Source of the DNA: an uncultured Brevinematales bacterium
Lineage (GTDB): Bacteria; Spirochaetota; Brevinematia; Brevinematales; JAOACQ01
DNA length: 64,000 nt
Assembly (NCBI GenBank): GCA_964392785.1
Contig: CAYMRH010000002.1
Coordinates: 797-64,796 of the forward strand
Direction: 5' to 3'
Position 1 is the stretch's first letter, and each line of letters opens with the position of its first letter. Below are positions 1 to 7,871 of the stretch, in pieces. Under the pieces are notes generated by a model. That model had not been told where the DNA came from and did not search any database. It saw nothing but the letters and a program-made list of their open reading frames with translations. The translations under genes and the position numbers were made by a program.

Positions 1-93
1 CGGAAACATGTCGATCGCATAGGGGTAGAGAAAATTTGCAGCGGACAGGAAAAACGAGGCAACAACCGCCATAAACAGGATCAATTTATTCAT
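1..93 (-). CDS. 5' end of a membrane-protein gene that runs off the left edge (partial)
   Basis: ATG at 93..91 preceded by GGAGGA (rc of 98..103). The open frame to position 1 translates MNKLILFMAVVASFFLSAANFLYPYAIDMFP, a hydrophobic N-terminus. It is too short to appear in the ORF track. Confidence 0.35.
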   Translation of the reverse strand, partial: MNKLILFMAVVASFFLSAANFLYPYAIDMFP

Positions 94-227
94 TCCATCC
101 TCCCGAAAAGAATAATCATATTAAAATGCTCGGGTATATTTTGCAAGCGAACAGAACCAATCACTTGACGCGACCTGTGGTCAAATTTATCATCATCGGA
201 CTGTTCTTATGAAATTCAGAGGTCTTC

Positions 228-911
228 ATGAGTTTTCAGGACAACCTGAAGCGCGTTCGCGATTCTATTGAAACGGTTTGCGCGCGGACCGGCTCCCGGC
301 ATGAAATTGTCCTGGTCGCGGTCACAAAAACATTTCCTGCGGAAATACTACGGGAAGCCGTCAACAACGGTATCAGCGATATCGGAGAAAACCGGGTTCA
401 GGAAGCCGAGAAAAAATTCGCGGAAATTTCCGGCCTGTCATTCACCCGCCATCTGATCGGTCATCTCCAGAGCAACAAGGCGAACAAGGCCGCGGCTCTG
501 TTTGACTGGGTCCAGTCGCTGGACAGCCCGGATACGGCCGTCCGGCTGGACCGTAAACTGGCGGAGTTGAACAGAACCATGAATGTGCTGATCGAAATCA
601 ACACATCGGGAGAGCCCGGCAAAAACGGCATTCCGCCCGGCGAGGCTTCCGAACTTACGGGCCGGATCGGCGAACTGCCCCGGCTGAAATTGTCGGGACT
701 CATGACGATCGGACCGTTTGACAGGCCTCCCGAAGCCGCGCGGGTTTGTTTCCGCGAATTGCGCCGCATCCGCGAGAAATTGAGCCGGGAATTTCCGTCT
801 CTGGATCTCAGGCATTTGTCCATGGGAATGAGCGACGATTACGGGATCGCCATTGAGGAAGGATCCACCATGATCCGCCTGGGCCGGGCACTTTTCGGTG
901 GCCGGGCGTAA
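228..911 (+). CDS. yggS: YggS-family PLP-binding (pyridoxal phosphate homeostasis) protein
   Basis: 227-aa ORF with the motifs VLVAVTKTF (PLP lysine), HLIGHLQSNK, SMGMSDDY and IRLGRALFG, typical of the YggS/PROSC alanine-racemase-fold family. Confidence 0.85.
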   Translation: MSFQDNLKRVRDSIETVCARTGSRHEIVLVAVTKTFPAEILREAVNNGISDIGENRVQEAEKKFAEISGLSFTRHLIGHLQSNKANKAAALFDWVQSLDSPDTAVRLDRKLAELNRTMNVLIEINTSGEPGKNGIPPGEASELTGRIGELPRLKLSGLMTIGPFDRPPEAARVCFRELRRIREKLSREFPSLDLRHLSMGMSDDYGIAIEEGSTMIRLGRALFGGRA

Positions 912-914
912 CGG

Positions 915-1829
915 TCATTCTACGGGCTGAACATTCCGGAGCGAGGGAATTCCTTTTCCTAAAAGAACGTTCTGGAGAGCGTGTCTCATCACGGCCACGG
1001 GAGCTTCCCGACCGGTCCAGTATGTGAACTGCAGCGCCCCCTGCTCCAGCAGCATTTCCGATCCGAACACGATCCGGTTCTTCTTCTGATTGGCCGACTT
1101 GAGAAAAGCCGTCCAGTGCGGCCGGTAAACGATATCCATGACCGTCTTTTTTTCCGGCATATCCCCCGGATCTATCACGCTGGCGGCCGTATCCGGTTCC
1201 ATTCCGACCGATGTCGTGTTGACCAGAATATCCGCGCCTGAAGCCGCCTCCTTCCAGTCTGACAAATCGGCCGCGTCCAGGTTAATCCGTTTATGGAGTT
1301 TCAGCAACGCGCCGTTCTGAACGATGGATTTCCGGAGTTCTTCCCGCCTGGACGCGTTGCGGGCCAGGAGAACAACACGGCCGGGATCGGAATAATAGAA
1401 CAGGGCGAAAAGGACCGCCCTCGCCGACCCCCCTGATCCGAAAACCGCGACCGTTTTTCCGGAAATGTCCGTCCGCCCGGACAACGCCCGGAAAAAACCC
1501 GGCGCGTCGGTATTCGTGCCGGTCAGCCGGCCGTTTTGGTTGATCACCGTATTGACCGAACCGATCATGGCGGCAATGTCCGTGACTTCGTCCAGATGCG
1601 CAATAATGGATTCCTTGTACGGAATGGTGACGCTCACTCCCCGGACTGCCAGAGTCCGGATCGCGGACGCGGCGGACGCGGCGTCCCGCGGCTCGAAAGC
1701 GACATACACGGCGTTCAACCGTTCCCGCCGGAATGCCGCGTTGTGAAGAACGGGAGAAAACGAATGGCGGACAGGATTGCCGATCACACCGTAAACGGCC
1801 GTGCGGCCGTCGATCAGCGCCCCCGACAT
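915..1829 (-). CDS. aroE: shikimate dehydrogenase
   Basis: Motifs YGVIGNPVRHSFSPVLHN, SVTIPYK, NTD and the GSGGSARA dinucleotide loop. ATG at 1829. Confidence 0.85.
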   Translation of the reverse strand: MSGALIDGRTAVYGVIGNPVRHSFSPVLHNAAFRRERLNAVYVAFEPRDAASAASAIRTLAVRGVSVTIPYKESIIAHLDEVTDIAAMIGSVNTVINQNGRLTGTNTDAPGFFRALSGRTDISGKTVAVFGSGGSARAVLFALFYYSDPGRVVLLARNASRREELRKSIVQNGALLKLHKRINLDAADLSDWKEAASGADILVNTTSVGMEPDTAASVIDPGDMPEKKTVMDIVYRPHWTAFLKSANQKKNRIVFGSEMLLEQGALQFTYWTGREAPVAVMRHALQNVLLGKGIPSLRNVQPVE

Positions 1830-2269
1830 TCTTCGGACTCGATCTCTGAGATTTTATCCAGGCGGGCCTGATGACGCCCGCCCTCGTATTCCGTGGAAAG
1901 CCAGATGTCCAGCATTTTTTTCGCCTGTTCCGGCTCCACCCTCCGCCCCGCCAGGACCAGGACGTTCGCGTCGTTGTGACGGCGGGAGAATTCCGCAGTA
2001 TAGTCATCCGGGCAAAACGCCGCGCGGATCCCGTGGATTTTATTGGCCACGATGGCCGCCCCGACTCCGGATCCGCAGAGCACGACACCGCGCTCGCACA
2101 ATCCCTTCGCCACGGCGCGGGCCGCCAGCTTGATGGTGTCCGGGTAATCCATGCTGTTCTGGGAATCCGTCCCGAAATCGATCACTTCGCGGCCCTGTTC
2201 CTGAAGATACTTCCTGAGGTTCTCCTTCAGAATCCAGGCGGCGTGGTCGGACGCGATGGCAATTTTCAT
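1814..2269 (-). CDS. rpiB: ribose-5-phosphate isomerase B
   Basis: MKIAIASDHAA, VVLCGSGVG and RRHNDANVL match the LacA/RpiB signature. It overlaps the aroE start by 16 nt, so the two are likely co-transcribed. Confidence 0.9.
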   Translation of the reverse strand: MKIAIASDHAAWILKENLRKYLQEQGREVIDFGTDSQNSMDYPDTIKLAARAVAKGLCERGVVLCGSGVGAAIVANKIHGIRAAFCPDDYTAEFSRRHNDANVLVLAGRRVEPEQAKKMLDIWLSTEYEGGRHQARLDKISEIESEECRGR

Positions 2270-2276
2270 ATGAGGA

Positions 2277-3083
2277 TCAGAGCTCCTCTTCCCGGGGCGA
2301 AACGGACGAATCTTCGGGCTCCGGGTTGTCGGTGTCCACGGGCCCCTCCGGGGCCGCCACGTCCAGAAATTCCCGGATCATCCCGACGACAGCCGGATGG
2401 GTCTGAGGAAAACGACCCAGAATTTTTTTCAGGTTTTCGACTTCGGGCAAGACCGTATCATTGAAAATCTTCCGGTTTTTTTCATCGGGACCGGATTCGT
2501 AGATTTTTTTCGCCTCGTTGTATTTCTTCACGGACAGCTGGAGGGCAATGACCAGATCCACGTCCGGCTGGTTTGTGGACAGATCGTTCCAGGAAACCCA
2601 CTGATACTGGACCGGCGGTATGACCCCGGGCGTATTGGTCAGGAAATAAACGGGTCGAGCGTTCAAGGGTTCGATCCGCGCCCACTCCCTGTCGCGGGTT
2701 TCCGTCACATAAGCCAGGACCGGGGGTGCAACGGATTGCTTGTTACGGGAAACGACCGTGGGCGTTTCATAGACAATGGCCGGCAACAGAATAACGGCCC
2801 GGGCCACCGGATTGGCGATCACGCTGTCCGAATCCACAAAACCGGCCGTTCCGTCGATCGCATTCTGGACTCCGAGATAAACCGTCATCTGACCGGCCTT
2901 GTTGGTGTTCGTCACCACAAGATTCCGGCTCAGCAGTTTGTCGCCCCAGTTTAAAAAAGTCGTCCTGCCGCCCGGTTCCGAATAGAGGGCCACCAGATGG
3001 TTTTTCGGATAGTAGGCGGTTCCGCCTTTCCCGCAACCCACCAGTATCATCGGGACAATCAAGAGCAAGACGAACCGTGTCAT
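2277..3083 (-). CDS. hypothetical lipoprotein
   Basis: 268-aa ORF with signal peptide and lipobox (LLLIVPMILVGC) and an acidic Pro/Glu-rich C-terminus. I recognise no family. Confidence 0.6.
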   Translation of the reverse strand: MTRFVLLLIVPMILVGCGKGGTAYYPKNHLVALYSEPGGRTTFLNWGDKLLSRNLVVTNTNKAGQMTVYLGVQNAIDGTAGFVDSDSVIANPVARAVILLPAIVYETPTVVSRNKQSVAPPVLAYVTETRDREWARIEPLNARPVYFLTNTPGVIPPVQYQWVSWNDLSTNQPDVDLVIALQLSVKKYNEAKKIYESGPDEKNRKIFNDTVLPEVENLKKILGRFPQTHPAVVGMIREFLDVAAPEGPVDTDNPEPEDSSVSPREEEL

Positions 3084-3286
3084 AAAGACCTCCGCAGAAT
3101 GATGTCAGATTATATCTCAGGGAAAGCGAATTGTAAATTTCGGGCCGCCCACCGGCCCTTTTTTACGGGTTCCGCCGCCAAATGGGCCTTTCCCGGCCTG
3201 GATAAAACAAACCGGCAAAAACCTTGAAAAGCCGTCCGGGCCGTTAAAAACCGAGCGTAAAACACGCCGATTCGCTTCACTTTTCT

Positions 3287-3314
3287 TTGGTTAATTACGA
3301 AATAGATATATAAT
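3287..3314 (+). promoter_or_regulatory. sigma-70-like promoter candidate for the LVIVD gene pair
   Basis: TTGGTT (3287..3292), 16-nt spacer, TATAAT (3309..3314), about 30 nt upstream of the 3343 start. GGAGG Shine-Dalgarno at 3329..3333. Confidence 0.4.
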
Positions 3315-3342
3315 AAGGGAAACAATCCGGAGGTCTTAATTT

Positions 3343-4356
3343 ATGAAAAAACAACCGTACTTATTTTTATTCTGCGCGGTTGCGGCTATCGCATTTTCCC
3401 TGACCGGATGTTCGGTATCAACCGGCCCGGACACGGCCCCCACCAACTTCACTTCCATTGCCGGCTGGACCGGGAGCCTGGGACAAACCGTGCATTCGGT
3501 GGTGGCCGACGGAACGAATATTTTCGCCGCGGCCGGGCCGGACGGGCTGTTGATCTTCAGTTCGGGCCTGGTCTATATGAACGCCTTTAAAACCAACAAT
3601 CCCGCACTGGACGTCGTGATCCGGACCGTGTCCGGCAGTAAATACGCGCTGGTGGCCAACGGTATTTACAACGGCAAGGGCGGAACGATGGCGATCAACG
3701 TCAGCGACCTGACCAACCTGCAACTGACCAACTACAGCGAGTATCCCAATCTGAACCCCGTCTCGATCGTCGCTGACAGCGTCGCGACCAATTATTACAC
3801 CGCGGATACGCTCGCCGGATACCTCACCTTCACCAACAGCTGGGACACCCTCGCCAATCAGACAAACCGCCGCATTTCGCTCGGCGCCGGGGGTTGCGAC
3901 ATCGCCCTGAGCGGCGCAAAAATCTATGTCGCCGCGAAAACCGGCGGCGTTTCGATCGTTGACCACGTGCTGAACACGATCTCCGCCAACATTTCCGCAA
4001 CGCTCCTGCAGGCCAACGCCGTGGCCGTGACGGGCTCCGGCGACGGCACGCTGTTAGCCGTGGGAGACAGCCTGGGTCTTGTCATCTACGCTTTGGACGA
4101 CCCCGACCCCTCCAGCCCCCGCTATCTGGGGGGATACTATTGCGGAACGGTCTATGACGTGGCCGTGAACGGCAACGATTTTTACCTGGCTTTGGGAAAG
4201 AGCGGCGTGCTGAAAATCACACGAACCCCTCCCTCCACGTTTACCCTGGTCAAAAAAACCAGCGACGGCGTCGGGTACTACAGGCTGTTCTATAATTCCT
4301 CGACCGGTTATCTTTACGCCGCCTGCGGGATTGACGGGATCCGCGTCCTTCAGTAG
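3343..4356 (+). CDS. LVIVD-repeat beta-propeller lipoprotein
   Basis: Signal peptide with lipobox (AFSLTGC). Repeated blades of type YVAAKTGGVSIVD, GLLIF, GLVIYALDDP, GVLKI and GIRVLQ, as in the LVIVD repeat family. Confidence 0.65.
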   Translation: MKKQPYLFLFCAVAAIAFSLTGCSVSTGPDTAPTNFTSIAGWTGSLGQTVHSVVADGTNIFAAAGPDGLLIFSSGLVYMNAFKTNNPALDVVIRTVSGSKYALVANGIYNGKGGTMAINVSDLTNLQLTNYSEYPNLNPVSIVADSVATNYYTADTLAGYLTFTNSWDTLANQTNRRISLGAGGCDIALSGAKIYVAAKTGGVSIVDHVLNTISANISATLLQANAVAVTGSGDGTLLAVGDSLGLVIYALDDPDPSSPRYLGGYYCGTVYDVAVNGNDFYLALGKSGVLKITRTPPSTFTLVKKTSDGVGYYRLFYNSSTGYLYAACGIDGIRVLQ

Positions 4357-4365
4357 AACGGATTC

Positions 4366-5556
4366 ATGCGGTTCTTCAGCTTTCACATGAACAGAAAAAA
4401 GTTGTCTCTGGTTGCCGCCGCCGTTTTGGCGGGGGTGATCCTCATCGCCATCCTGTTCTGGCCCCGAATTCCGGGGGATGCGGGAAGCGGAACGAACACC
4501 ATTCCGTCCCTGCCCCTGATCGCATCCTGGGAAGGAACCAACGGAGAAGTGGTCCGCGCCCTGGCCGTTCACGAACGGAAAATTTACATGGCCGCGGGTT
4601 TTGACGGCCTGATCGTGCTGGACGCATCCAACCTGACCGTCACCGGTGCTTACGGGACCAATCAGCCCGTAAACGACGTCGTCCTGAAATCCGTCGGCAC
4701 CAACTTCTACGCGTTTCTCGCCCTCGGTTCTTACCGGGAAGAGGGCGGCATTCTGGTCCTGAACGCGACCGATCTGTCCGACATTTATCCCGTTGCAACG
4801 CTTCTGGATGCGAACTTGAGTCCGGCCGCCCTGGATATCGTATTGTCCAGAAACTCATCGCTGATCGTCACGGCGGACGAACGCTCGGGATTGGTCAGTT
4901 ACCGCTTTGACTGGGTCAATGCCGGACTGGCCACGAACCGTTTCGTATCCCTGAACGGGAAACCGGCGTACGACCTTTTCGTTCAGGGAAACCGCGCTTA
5001 CGTCGCGGCGCGCGAGGAAGGCGTGTTTATTGTCGACATCCCGGCGGGCCGCGTCCTGTCGCGGATCAAACCGACCCTCTCCCTAGCCAACTCGGTCTTC
5101 GTAAGCGGACGAACGCTGTGCGTGGGCGATAAAATGAGCGGGGTGACGCTCTACGACATATCCAGCCCCGTCAACCCGAGGCGGATATCCAGTTACAGCA
5201 CACCCGGAGACGCCTACGACGTCTGGATGATCCGGAACGATATATACGTGGCTGACGGCATCAACGGGATCCTGAAGATCCGCTGGCACGGGGGTGAAAA
5301 ATTCTCCCTGCTGAACCAGTTCTCGGACGGGTCGCTGGCATACCGGCTGTCAGTGGGTGACGACGAGACGGTTTACGCGGCCTGCGGCAGTTCCGGGTTG
5401 AGAATCCTGGACGGCCGGCCTGCCGTTCCGTCGGGGGTTCCAGTCACCATCACGGAGACCAACACGCTCCCGGCCGCGGAAACCCAAACCAATATTCCGC
5501 CCCGGACACCGCCTTCCGGAGTTCCGACCAACGTCCCCATCCGGAGATCCCGCTGA
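4366..5556 (+). CDS. LVIVD-repeat beta-propeller protein, membrane-anchored paralog
   Basis: N-terminal TM helix (LSLVAAAVLAGVILIAILFW). Blades GLIVLDASN, GILVLNATD, GVFIVDIPAG, GVTLYDISSP, GILKIRW and GLRILD. Pro/Thr-rich C-terminal tail. Starts 9 nt after the preceding paralog. Confidence 0.65.
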   Translation: MRFFSFHMNRKKLSLVAAAVLAGVILIAILFWPRIPGDAGSGTNTIPSLPLIASWEGTNGEVVRALAVHERKIYMAAGFDGLIVLDASNLTVTGAYGTNQPVNDVVLKSVGTNFYAFLALGSYREEGGILVLNATDLSDIYPVATLLDANLSPAALDIVLSRNSSLIVTADERSGLVSYRFDWVNAGLATNRFVSLNGKPAYDLFVQGNRAYVAAREEGVFIVDIPAGRVLSRIKPTLSLANSVFVSGRTLCVGDKMSGVTLYDISSPVNPRRISSYSTPGDAYDVWMIRNDIYVADGINGILKIRWHGGEKFSLLNQFSDGSLAYRLSVGDDETVYAACGSSGLRILDGRPAVPSGVPVTITETNTLPAAETQTNIPPRTPPSGVPTNVPIRRSR

Positions 5557-5608
5557 TCCCCGAAAACGTCATGATCCGATAACGGCCGGATCCTGAAAGA
5601 AGATTGAT

Positions 5609-6565
5609 TTACCGGTCGGAAGAAATTCCGGCGGCCAGTTTCAGGGCGAGTGTGATGGCGTTTTTCATGCTGACGGGGTCCGCGCGGTCCTGACCCGCGA
5701 TATCGAAAGCCGTCCCGTGGTCCGGAGACGTGCGGACAATCGGCAACCCCCATGTCACGTTCACGCCTTCTGACAGATGAAGCATTTTGAAAGCCGCCAG
5801 CCCCTGGTCGTGATACATGGCCACGACCATCCTGTACTGTCCCGCGTGGGCTTTATGGAACACAGTATCCGCGGGCAAAGGCCCGTCCACGGGTTCGCCC
5901 CGGTCCCGGAATTCCGCGACCGCCGGACCGATGATCCGTTTTTCCTCCGATCCCAGGAGGCCGTTCTCGCCGGCGTGGGGATTCAACCCGCAGACCGCGA
6001 TTCTCCAGCCGGACGGTCCGTACATGGTCCTGCAGAACGACAGGGCCGCGGACACGGCCGAACGGACACGGCGCCGCGTGAGAGCCCGGCTGACCGCCTT
6101 CAAGGGAATATGGATGGTGGCCAGAAGCACGTTCATCGAGTCGCAGGTGAAGAGCATATGGAAATCCCGGACGCCGAACACGGACGCCAGGTAGGTGGTG
6201 TGGTCGGTGAACTCGGGGTGTCCGGAACCGTGAATCAGGTCCTTGGCGACAGGACCGGTCACTATTCCCGCCGCACGGCCTGTCCGGGTCAGTTCAACGG
6301 CTTTCCGGATAAAGGCAAAGGAAAGGTCCCCTGACGCGGGGGATTTCAAACCGGACGAGAACCGGAATTTTTTCCGGGCTTCGGGTTCCACCACGACCAG
6401 GTCCCACCCTTCTCTTTGGGGCATATACCGGCCCAGAGCGCCCGGTTCGCCGATCACAATCAGACGCTCCCGTTCCCGGGGCTGAAGGGTTTTCAGAGCT
6501 TTCGCGCAGACTTCAGGACCGATCCCGTTCGGGTCCCCGATCGTTACGGCAATCCGGTCATTCAT
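5609..6565 (-). CDS. pdxA: 4-hydroxythreonine-4-phosphate dehydrogenase
   Basis: IAVTIGDPNGIGPE, LNPHAGENG and VRTSPDHGTAFDIAG are PdxA-family motifs. Its start overlaps the bactofilin stop by 8 nt. Confidence 0.85.
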   Translation of the reverse strand: MNDRIAVTIGDPNGIGPEVCAKALKTLQPRERERLIVIGEPGALGRYMPQREGWDLVVVEPEARKKFRFSSGLKSPASGDLSFAFIRKAVELTRTGRAAGIVTGPVAKDLIHGSGHPEFTDHTTYLASVFGVRDFHMLFTCDSMNVLLATIHIPLKAVSRALTRRRVRSAVSAALSFCRTMYGPSGWRIAVCGLNPHAGENGLLGSEEKRIIGPAVAEFRDRGEPVDGPLPADTVFHKAHAGQYRMVVAMYHDQGLAAFKMLHLSEGVNVTWGLPIVRTSPDHGTAFDIAGQDRADPVSMKNAITLALKLAAGISSDR

Positions 6566-6938
6566 TGTACATTTTCAGGATGGAATCCTTGGGTTGGGCG
6601 TTCAGGTTGTTCGAGATCAGGCACCGGCCTTCCAGGACCACCCCGTTCTGGATGATGAGTTCGGGCGTTTTCAGGTCTCCCACCACCCGCGCCGTCGGCA
6701 TCAGCATGACGCGCGTCGTGGCGCGGACGTTCCCGATCACCACGCCCTCGATCACGACGGAAGAGGCCTCCAGGTTCGCCTTGACGCGGCCGCCGGGACC
6801 GATAAAGATCTGGTCCACCCGGAGAACGCTTCCTTCATACTTGCCGTTGATCTGGATCGTCCCGTTGATGAGAAAGCGTCCCTCAAAAACGGACTTGTCC
6901 CCGATCACGCTGTTGACCGCCTCGCTTTTCAATGCCAC
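6558..6938 (-). CDS. bactofilin (polymer-forming cytoskeletal protein, DUF583)
   Basis: 126 aa with repetitive beta-helix windings (IGDKSVFEGRFLINGTIQINGKYEGSV, VVIEGVVIGNVRATTRVMLMPTARVVGDL, VVLEGRC) typical of bactofilins. Confidence 0.8.
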   Translation of the reverse strand: MALKSEAVNSVIGDKSVFEGRFLINGTIQINGKYEGSVLRVDQIFIGPGGRVKANLEASSVVIEGVVIGNVRATTRVMLMPTARVVGDLKTPELIIQNGVVLEGRCLISNNLNAQPKDSILKMYNE

Positions 6939-6948
6939 TGCCGTCTCC

Positions 6949-7770
6949 TCATTCTTCGTCCTCGATTTTTTCCAGGTCGGGTATTTTCAGAAACGCCGTG
7001 AATTCCTTCACGAACTGGTGGAGGTCCATCAGGGCTTTCCGCGCCGTCAGTCCGTCCAGACTGGAATGCTGGCCGTTGATTTCCACGGTCTTCTCGGGGT
7101 CCAGAAGGACCTTCTCCCCCTTTTTTTCCGAAGCGACAATGTCTTCCACGAAGGTCTGGACGGTGTGAAGGAAGCGGCCCGTCTTGATGATGACGTTGCG
7201 GTATTCCTTGGTCCTGACCTTGCCCAGATTGTCCCGGAACGCCTTGTTGTTGTTTGCGTCGGCGCCTTCGATCTGCTCCAGGATATGGCCGTATTCCTCG
7301 AGCGTCCTGACGGTCTGGTGATACAGCGTGAAAAACGTGTCGCGCTGATAGGCATGGCCGTAATCCAGCCTCAAGTTCTGTTCGGACAGCAGGCCCAGAT
7401 ATTCCCGGCCGAAAAAATTCAAATAACTCCAGGTCCAGTTGATTTCCTCGTCGTCGCAGAACATATTGAGGCGCTCGTAATAGACGTTGCGGAGAATCCG
7501 CCTGTCTTCGGCCTTGGGTTTCGAGAGATGGTCCGCGTACAGCTTCAGGTCCTGCTCGGAAATCTCGTATTTTGACAGGTCCGCCGGTGTCAGGAAACCC
7601 GACCGGAGTTTATTCAGGTCCCGTTCGATCGTCTCCAGGGTCCGGAGAGCGGACTCTTTCTTGTCCACTTCCTTGGAGGAAGAATAGATCACGCCGAACT
7701 TTTTCTTGACCTGCTCGATCTTCGCCTCGATATATTCGGCGGCGGTGTCAATCAGAGGAAATTCGGACAT
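6949..7770 (-). CDS. hypothetical protein, predicted helical; no family recognised
   Basis: 273-aa ORF between the FapA-like and bactofilin genes, 10 nt upstream of bactofilin. Lys/Glu-rich with realistic composition. The antisense ORFs here are Arg/Pro-rich junk. Confidence 0.6.
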   Translation of the reverse strand: MSEFPLIDTAAEYIEAKIEQVKKKFGVIYSSSKEVDKKESALRTLETIERDLNKLRSGFLTPADLSKYEISEQDLKLYADHLSKPKAEDRRILRNVYYERLNMFCDDEEINWTWSYLNFFGREYLGLLSEQNLRLDYGHAYQRDTFFTLYHQTVRTLEEYGHILEQIEGADANNNKAFRDNLGKVRTKEYRNVIIKTGRFLHTVQTFVEDIVASEKKGEKVLLDPEKTVEINGQHSSLDGLTARKALMDLHQFVKEFTAFLKIPDLEKIEDEE

Positions 7771-7820
7771 AAACCTCCCGCCCGACCCGGATCAAAACTT
7801 TCGTTCCGGGGCGTCGGGGT

Positions 7821-7850
7821 ATTATAGGGCGATGGGACGGAAATTTCCAA
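7821..7850 (-). promoter_or_regulatory. sigma-70-like promoter candidate for the hypothetical-bactofilin-pdxA unit
   Basis: On the minus strand: TTGGAA (rc of 7845..7850), 18-nt spacer, TATAAT (rc of 7821..7826), about 50 nt upstream of the ATG at 7770. Confidence 0.35.
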
Positions 7851-7871
7851 CGCAATCCCGGCGCACAAAGG

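Noticed and set aside
2667-2677. GGGTTCGATCC, a tRNA T-arm-like motif
   Set aside because: Flanking bases do not form a T-stem or an acceptor stem, and the motif lies inside the lipoprotein CDS. I found no tRNA-like cloverleaf in any intergenic gap.
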